Below, one piece after another: positions 58,189-64,000 of a DNA stretch of 64,000 nucleotides. Source of the DNA: Candidatus Hecatella orcuttiae (GTDB lineage Archaea; Thermoproteota; Bathyarchaeia; Hecatellales; Hecatellaceae). The stretch spans positions 32,001 to 96,000 of the forward strand of contig MTLY02000003.1 in NCBI GenBank assembly GCA_002011035.2, read 5' to 3'. Each line of letters begins with the position of its first letter. The first letter of the stretch is position 1. The translations under genes and the position numbers were made by a program. The notes beneath the pieces are model-generated. The model was not told where the DNA came from, searched no databases, and saw nothing but the letters and a program-made list of their open reading frames with translations.

Positions 58189-59382
58189 TCAGTTTTTCGC
58201 CATGAATTTTTCCAGCCTGTCTAAGGCCTCCTCCAAAGTTTCCAGGGGAGGCAGGAAGACCATTCTGAAATGGCTGAAACCGTAGACCGTGTCAAACCCT
58301 GACCCGTGCACCAAGAGGACGCCGGTTTCGTCTAGGAGGCTTAGGGCGAAATCCCTGTCGCTTCCCCACCGGCTGACGTCCTCGATCTTGGGGAAGACGT
58401 AGAAGGCGCCCTCAGGTTTGGCGCAGCTTAGCCCTTTCATTTCGTTGAAACGCCTCCAGACGTAATCACGCCTCGCCCGGAGTTTCTCAACCATCTCTGG
58501 AATGTGGTCCTGCGGCCCCCTCAAGGCGGCCACCGCGGCCTTTTGCATGGGAGTGTTGGCGCTAAGCCTTATTCTCGCCTCCTTCTCGATGTTCTGCTTA
58601 AGGTCCCCCAGTTTCCCTTCAGGGTCGTGGATGTAAACGTAGCCCAGCCTCCACCCGGTCATCAGGTAGGTTTTGGAGAAGCCGTTGAGGCCTATGACCG
58701 GGGTTTCCCCGGCGACGGCGGAAGTGCTGGTGAATTTTCTGCCGTAGACTATTCTGTCGTAGATTTCGTCGGAGAAGACGGGAAGACCGTGTTGGGCTGC
58801 CAAGTCTACGATGTCTTTTATGGTTTGCTCCTCGTAGAGGGCGCCGCAGGGGTTGTTGGGGTTCACCACTACGATGCCGCAGGTCTTCGCCGTGACCTTG
58901 GAGGCCATGTCCTCCACATCCGGCTGCCAGCCGGCTTCCTCCACCGTCCTGTAGGCGACGGGTTTCCCCCCGAAGAATTTGATGAAGGCTGGGTAGGGCG
59001 GGTAGGATGGGCCGGGGACGAGGACCTCGGCTCCGGGCTCGACCAAGGCGGCCATGACCATTTGGATGCCTTCGGAAACACCGTGGGTGACGATGACGTC
59101 CTCCGGGGAAAGGTCCACGCGGTTGTATTTTTTCTCCTTCTCGCAGACGGCTTCCCTCAGCTCCGGGAGGCCTTCGGAGGGAGCGTACCAGTTGAAGTCC
59201 CCCTTCACCGCTTCGATGAGCGCTCCCTTAATGTGCTGGGGGGTGGGGAAGTCGTATTTGACTGGGTCGCCTATGTTCAGGTAGATCACCTTTCTCCCCG
59301 CCTTCTCCAACCGCTTGGCGTGGACGACCACATCCCTGATGGCGTATTCTATGTTTCGCACTCTTTCCGTGAGCTTTACCAT
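58189..59382 (-). CDS. Class I/II PLP aminotransferase (alanine aminotransferase-like)
   Basis: IEYAIR, LNIGDP, NPNNP, DEIY, SKTYLMTGWRLG. Confidence 0.9.
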   Translation of the reverse strand: MVKLTERVRNIEYAIRDVVVHAKRLEKAGRKVIYLNIGDPVKYDFPTPQHIKGALIEAVKGDFNWYAPSEGLPELREAVCEKEKKYNRVDLSPEDVIVTHGVSEGIQMVMAALVEPGAEVLVPGPSYPPYPAFIKFFGGKPVAYRTVEEAGWQPDVEDMASKVTAKTCGIVVVNPNNPCGALYEEQTIKDIVDLAAQHGLPVFSDEIYDRIVYGRKFTSTSAVAGETPVIGLNGFSKTYLMTGWRLGYVYIHDPEGKLGDLKQNIEKEARIRLSANTPMQKAAVAALRGPQDHIPEMVEKLRARRDYVWRRFNEMKGLSCAKPEGAFYVFPKIEDVSRWGSDRDFALSLLDETGVLLVHGSGFDTVYGFSHFRMVFLPPLETLEEALDRLEKFMAKN

Positions 59383-59472
59383 CCCAAGCCAGCTCCCGTT
59401 CGGAGTATTACAGGGCATTCTGCCGCTTAAAACTTTCATGTTCGAGTCCTCCTTGAGGCAGGGGGTTCTAGG

Positions 59473-60042
59473 CTAAGCCTCGGCGAGGCTTCGGCGACCT
59501 ACTGCGACAAACTCGTTCTTCACCGAGCAGACCTTCACCTTCAGCCCAGCTTTCCCTAAAGTTTCGACAAATTTTTCGGCACTAACCTTCTCTTTGAGGT
59601 GAGTGATGACGAAGACAGCTTTTTCCTTGGAAACTCTCACAAATTCTCGAAGAAATTTTTCCGAGTCTACGAGATTCTGAAGCAGAGTGAAGGCTGCGGA
59701 GAGGTTGAAGATTCTATCGACGAAAGGAAGTAGGCTGACGTCGCAGCGAACCAGGTGTATCTCCGCCGCGGAGGTTTTTCCTTTGTTTTTGGCCTTTTTC
59801 AGCATGTTTCGGGAAAGGTCGACGGCGAAGACTTCGCATTTTCGCTCTCCACCGGCTTGAAGGAACTCTGCAAAGAGCCCTGTGCCGCAGCCCGCGTCCA
59901 GAACCCTCCCTCCAGTGGCCAGTTCCGTAAGCCTAGAGGCTTGGAGGTATTTCTCCCTCTGCTCTTCCCCGTAGAGGCTGTCGTAGGAGTCGGCGATGGC
60001 GTCGTAGTGAGCCATGGTTTTTCTTTTTTCCAGCGTTTCCAA
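59473..60042 (-). CDS. Class I SAM-dependent methyltransferase
   Basis: YD.LYGEEQ, VLDAGCGTG, VDLS..ML. Confidence 0.88.
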   Translation of the reverse strand: METLEKRKTMAHYDAIADSYDSLYGEEQREKYLQASRLTELATGGRVLDAGCGTGLFAEFLQAGGERKCEVFAVDLSRNMLKKAKNKGKTSAAEIHLVRCDVSLLPFVDRIFNLSAAFTLLQNLVDSEKFLREFVRVSKEKAVFVITHLKEKVSAEKFVETLGKAGLKVKVCSVKNEFVAVGRRSLAEA

Positions 60043-60082
60043 GTCTGGGAAAATCGACGGAGGCCCCCTTCTGCTGGCTTTT

Positions 60083-60859
60083 TTACTCTGGGAAAAATTC
60101 GCTCAGCTTACGGGTTTTCTCAAACTTTAAGACTTCGTAGCATCTCTTCAGCGACACAGGTTTAAACTCCAACCCTTCCCGGGAAAGGAGCGCTTGGGCT
60201 TCCCGGGTCAGGCTGGGCGCTGCGATGATGCCTCTGAGAGGTCTCTCCGTTCTCATGCCCACCGCTTTGATGTAGCGTTGCAGCTGACGCACCGCCTCCC
60301 GGCCCGCGGGATTCCGTTTGATCTCCACCACAACCAAGCGGCCTTCACTATCTTCCCCCACCACGTCAACAAACCCTGCGGCTCCCAGCTCCTTCTCGGA
60401 GGTCAACGGCCGGAAGTCTTCCCCAACCAGCTTCGGCGCGAGGAGGATAGCCCTCTTCATGTCCTGCTCCGAAACGTAGAGGGAGAAATCTCCCTCATCT
60501 GTGAGGGTCAAGGTTGACAGGTGGAGAACCCGGTTGAAAAATATGTTGAGGACTTCTCGGGGTTGAAGCCGGGCGGCTCTGATTCTGAGCTCCTCATCCT
60601 CCACCTCCACTTGGAAGACGCACCCAGCCGGCTGCCAGTTGACGGGCTCGTAGCCTTCAGGCCTGTGGACGAGGACGGAGCCGTCGGTTTTGATGATGAG
60701 AAGCCGTTCTCCCCATCCGAGGGTTGAGGAGGCTCTGCCTTCGTAGCTGACTTGGCAGTTTCCGCTCATGACCACAAGGTTATGTCTAGTCAGAGCTTCC
60801 CGAAGGATGTCTGCAGCATCCCTCAGTTTGGGGTTCTCAAAGGAGCGGACGGACGTGAT
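60083..60859 (-). CDS. nucS: Mismatch endonuclease NucS/EndoMS
   Basis: YEGRASS, IKTDGSVLVH, PVNWQP, VEIKR, QLQRY; frame extends upstream of 60775 (SFENPKL...) to a possible ATC start. Confidence 0.92.
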   Translation of the reverse strand: MTSVRSFENPKLRDAADILREALTRHNLVVMSGNCQVSYEGRASSTLGWGERLLIIKTDGSVLVHRPEGYEPVNWQPAGCVFQVEVEDEELRIRAARLQPREVLNIFFNRVLHLSTLTLTDEGDFSLYVSEQDMKRAILLAPKLVGEDFRPLTSEKELGAAGFVDVVGEDSEGRLVVVEIKRNPAGREAVRQLQRYIKAVGMRTERPLRGIIAAPSLTREAQALLSREGLEFKPVSLKRCYEVLKFEKTRKLSEFFPE

Positions 60860-60913
60860 TACTCCCCCGAACGTTTCTCCCTGAGAAGGAGGTCCCTCTC
60901 AACCCCCTAAGCC

Positions 60914-61513
60914 TCAGAGAAGCTGGCTGCTGAGCTTCTCCAAAGCGACCCTCGCCTTCAGCTTCAACTCCTCGTAGAGACTGTTCCCATGAGCGTCGAT
61001 GGTGACCGTAAGCGGGCCGAAGTTTTCAACCCTTAGCTTCCACAGGGCTTCGGGAATTCCGAGGTCCAGCCACTTCACTCCTTCAACCCTCTGGACCCTC
61101 TCCGCAGCCAAGACAGCGGCTCCTCCGGTGAAGTGGCAGTAGACGGCGCCCCGTCGCTTCAGGGCTTCAGCCACCTCCCGACCCATGCCGCCCTTCCCTA
61201 CGAGCATTCTAACTCCGTAAGCCTCCAGCAGCGGAGGCGTTAAAGCCTCCAGCCGGGAGCTGGTGGTGGGACCTGCGGCCAAGAGCTCCCAGCCCCCCTT
61301 CTTTCCCCTTCTGACCAAGGGTCCTGAATGGTAGATGACCGCTCCCTCCAAATTCACTGGAAGCCCCCTACCCTTCTGGGCGTATTCCACCAGCCGCAGG
61401 TGAGCTCGGTCTCGGGCGGTGAAGATAACTCCTGAAAGGTAGACGGTGTCCTTCACCCGGAGGCGTTGGACATCCGCTTTCTTTAGGGGGGCTGCCAGTT
61501 TAAACGTAGCCAA
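60914..61513 (-). CDS. Fumarate/tartrate hydratase beta subunit
   Basis: TARDRAH, GPTTSSR, GKGG, IDAHGNS. Confidence 0.92.
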   Translation of the reverse strand: MATFKLAAPLKKADVQRLRVKDTVYLSGVIFTARDRAHLRLVEYAQKGRGLPVNLEGAVIYHSGPLVRRGKKGGWELLAAGPTTSSRLEALTPPLLEAYGVRMLVGKGGMGREVAEALKRRGAVYCHFTGGAAVLAAERVQRVEGVKWLDLGIPEALWKLRVENFGPLTVTIDAHGNSLYEELKLKARVALEKLSSQLL

Positions 61514-61527
61514 GCGCCGTCAGTCTC

Positions 61528-62397
61528 CTATTCCAGAATCTCCACCGAACGGTCGGAGTGAATACGGGCCGTGGCTCTTCGGTCAGCCCAGCATTGAAAA
61601 TTCAAGGCCACAGGCAGGTTGGCCGTGTGGCAGTGGGCGTGCTCCACCTTGGCGTCTAGGACGGTGAACTTTCCACCTAGGCCCATGGGGCCTATGCCCG
61701 TCCTATTAGCCAGCTTAACCAGCCTGTTCTCCAGCTTTGAAACAGCTTCATCCGGGTTCCGGGACCCCAAAGGCCTGAGGAGGGCCAGTTTGGCCAGCTT
61801 GAAGGCCAAGTCCCCTGTCCCCCCTATGCCCACGCAGAGGACCGTGGGAGGGCAAGGCCGCCCCCCAGCCTCCACAACCCTGTTCACCACGAATTTTTCT
61901 ACGCCTTTCTCTCCCTCCGATGGGGACAGGACGGCGAAGGCGCTCATGTTTTCGGAGCCCGCCCCCTTGAGGACGACGGTTAACTCCACCCAGTCTGAGT
62001 CGTTGAAGACCCACTCGATGTGGGGTATGCGCTTTCCCAGGTTGTTTCCGGAATTTTTCCGGGTTAAAGGGTGAACAGCGTTGGGTCTGAGGGGCAGCTG
62101 GGCAGTGGCTTCAGCTGAGGCTTTTTCCAAAGCTCTGCGGAGTTCGGGGAGGAGGGACGGCTTCCTCGTTTTCACATAAAAGGATATGAGGCCGGTGTCT
62201 TGGCATATAGGCCTTCCGAGCCGCTCAGCAGCTTCGATGTTGTCCAAGATGTTTTTAAGCTGGGTTTTCCCTGTGGGAGAAGTTTCCTCCCCGTAGGCTT
62301 TCCTCAGCCTTTTCTTAACATCCGAGGGAAGCCTGACGGAAGCCCTTCGGAGGAGGTGGAAGCCTGTTTCCCTGAAAACTTCAGCCCAAGAGCTCAT
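61528..62397 (-). CDS. Fumarate/tartrate hydratase alpha subunit
   Basis: PICQDTG, KGAGSEN, PCPP, GIGPMGLGG, CWA.R. Confidence 0.92.
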   Translation of the reverse strand: MSSWAEVFRETGFHLLRRASVRLPSDVKKRLRKAYGEETSPTGKTQLKNILDNIEAAERLGRPICQDTGLISFYVKTRKPSLLPELRRALEKASAEATAQLPLRPNAVHPLTRKNSGNNLGKRIPHIEWVFNDSDWVELTVVLKGAGSENMSAFAVLSPSEGEKGVEKFVVNRVVEAGGRPCPPTVLCVGIGGTGDLAFKLAKLALLRPLGSRNPDEAVSKLENRLVKLANRTGIGPMGLGGKFTVLDAKVEHAHCHTANLPVALNFQCWADRRATARIHSDRSVEILE

Positions 62398-62512
62398 TCC
62401 AATTCAGCAAACTCCTTTAAAGATATTTTCAGCCAGCTCTCCCTTTTAAAACTGTTCACAGTTCTTAAATAGAGGAAAAGCCTAAAAGGTCCTTCTGGGT
62501 AGGAGCACCTCC

Positions 62513-63514
62513 TTGGCTTGCGGACAAGAGGAATCCGGAGAAGGGAAAACTCCCCAGTATAGGGAGATAGAGGAGATCCCCGGAGTCGGCCCAGCCACAG
62601 CTGAGAAGCTTCGGAAGCTGGGCTACTCCACCATCGAGTCCCTAGCCACCGCCAGCTTAAAAGAGTTAACCCAAACTTTGGGGGAGAAAACCGCTTACAC
62701 CGCCATCACAGAAGCTAGGAAATGCATCATATCCATTCCCTTCATGAGGGCGGACGAATACCTGAAGTTCCGCTCAACCGTCGAAAGGCTGACCACCGGA
62801 TGTAAGGCTTTGGACGAACTTTTAGGCGGCGGGGTTGAGTCTCAAAGCATCACCGAGGTCTACGGCGAATATGGGACGGGGAAATCTCAAATCTGCCATC
62901 AGCTCTGCGTCAACGCTCAGCTTCCCAAAGAGCAGGGGGGATTGGACGGAGGCGTCCTTTACATCGACACCGAGAACACCTTCCGCCCTGAGCGCATTGT
63001 GCAGATAGCTAAGCATCTGGACTTGGATCCTGACAGGGTTTTAAGCCGCATAATCTACGCGGAGGCTTTAACCTCCGACCATCAGATGCACCTGCTGGAC
63101 AATGCCAGCGCCCAGTTTAAGGAAAACAACATCAGGCTGATAATTTTGGATTCCCTCATCTCCCATTTTAGAAGCGAATTCATCGGAAGGGAAATGCTGG
63201 CGGAAAGGCAGCAGAAGCTGGAGAAGCACCTTCACAAACTCATCCGGTTGGCCCGGGCCTACAATGCTGTTGCCTTTGTCACAAACCAGGTGATGGCTAG
63301 GCCTGACGCTTTTCTTTCCGAAGCCGTAGGGCCCACGGGCGGCCACATTTTAGCTCACACAAGCCATACTAGGGTTTTTTTGAGGAAAGCCGCGGCGCCT
63401 CATGTCAGGATTGCCAGGCTGATGGTCAGCCCCTCCCTCCCCGAGGGAAGGGAATGCATCTTCAAAATCTCCGAGAGAGGCATAGAAGACACAGTCTTGG
63501 AAAAGAGGCGGTGA
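62513..63514 (+). CDS. radA: Recombinase RadA
   Basis: Hh[42 protein letters not shown]; no intein. Confidence 0.96.
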   Translation: MACGQEESGEGKTPQYREIEEIPGVGPATAEKLRKLGYSTIESLATASLKELTQTLGEKTAYTAITEARKCIISIPFMRADEYLKFRSTVERLTTGCKALDELLGGGVESQSITEVYGEYGTGKSQICHQLCVNAQLPKEQGGLDGGVLYIDTENTFRPERIVQIAKHLDLDPDRVLSRIIYAEALTSDHQMHLLDNASAQFKENNIRLIILDSLISHFRSEFIGREMLAERQQKLEKHLHKLIRLARAYNAVAFVTNQVMARPDAFLSEAVGPTGGHILAHTSHTRVFLRKAAAPHVRIARLMVSPSLPEGRECIFKISERGIEDTVLEKRR

Positions 63515-63526
63515 AAGAGGTAGCCC

Positions 63527-63922
63527 ATGCAGATATCCAAGGCCTTTGTTCAAAGGTTTCATAAACTCAGGGTGGACCGGGATTTCGCCGGAGCTGAAAG
63601 GGAGCTGGAGGCTCTTCGAGGTAGACTGGCGAGGGCTGAGTGGGGCCGAGGCTACTTAGCGGCCTTGGAAGGAATGCTCACAGCCTACCGCAACAGAAAC
63701 GACAAGTACGCTCTCATTAACAGGTTTCCCTCCAGCAAGGAGGAAGTAGCCCCCCTCCTGGAGGAGTTTCGTCTGAAGTCGAAGAGCTACGTGAGCTCTG
63801 ACTACGACAGGGGTTTCTTTCACGCTTGGGCTGACTTCGCTCAACTGGTGGCTGAGGGGCTCATCGAGGTTGAGAAGCCGACTGAGGTGAAAGAGGAGGA
63901 ACTTGAAAGCCCCGCCTCCTAA
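63527..63922 (+). CDS. Hypothetical helical protein
   Basis: ORF with RBS directly after radA; repeated RGY..A / RGFF.AW helices. Confidence 0.7.
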   Translation: MQISKAFVQRFHKLRVDRDFAGAERELEALRGRLARAEWGRGYLAALEGMLTAYRNRNDKYALINRFPSSKEEVAPLLEEFRLKSKSYVSSDYDRGFFHAWADFAQLVAEGLIEVEKPTEVKEEELESPAS

Positions 63923-63928
63923 GGCCGG

Positions 63929-64000
63929 CTACATGGCAAACCTCACAATCATGGTGTGGAAGAACACCCAGAAAGCAAACCAGACGATGATGTAGGCGAA
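63929..64000 (-). CDS. C-terminal end of a membrane protein (partial)
   Basis: Reads ...FAYIIVWFAFWVFFHTMIVRFAM*; gene starts beyond the window. Confidence 0.55.
   Translation of the reverse strand, partial: FAYIIVWFAFWVFFHTMIVRFAM

Noticed and set aside
63929-64000. EMC6-like identity of the terminal membrane fragment
   Set aside because: Only 23 residues visible; resemblance too weak to call.

Overview
Gene-dense archaeal chromosomal segment. It carries Alba, RadA/RadB, Rpo3/6/10, L18e, NucS, EndoQ, a SAMP and Sec61beta. Gene content and frequent TTG/GTG starts suggest the TACK group, most plausibly Bathyarchaeia (inference). Mostly housekeeping: branched-chain amino acid genes, Fe-S/sulfur trafficking, class II RNR, DNA repair, the S13-S4-S11-RpoD-L18e-L13-S9-RpoN-enolase cluster, metal/oxidative stress genes, Thi4 and fumarate hydratase. 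One small defence islet (type IIG R-M plus VapBC) sits inside the leu cluster next to a degenerate duplicate of the leuD 3' end. No rRNA, intact tRNA, CRISPR array or transposase was seen. Best leads: (1) a multi-hairpin candidate ncRNA/leader between alba and a divergent Sm-like gene; (2) a stand-alone homolog of eukaryotic OST subunit DC2/OSTC; (3) tandem COG1665-like nucleotidyltransferases behind an MtaA-family methyltransferase; (4) a ThrC-like/SAMP/FdhD/SufS sulfur-relay locus; (5) a LarA paralog lacking nickel-pincer residues; (6) an unannotated Cys-rich microprotein divergent from dpsL. All family calls come from motif recognition by eye; no database searches were run.
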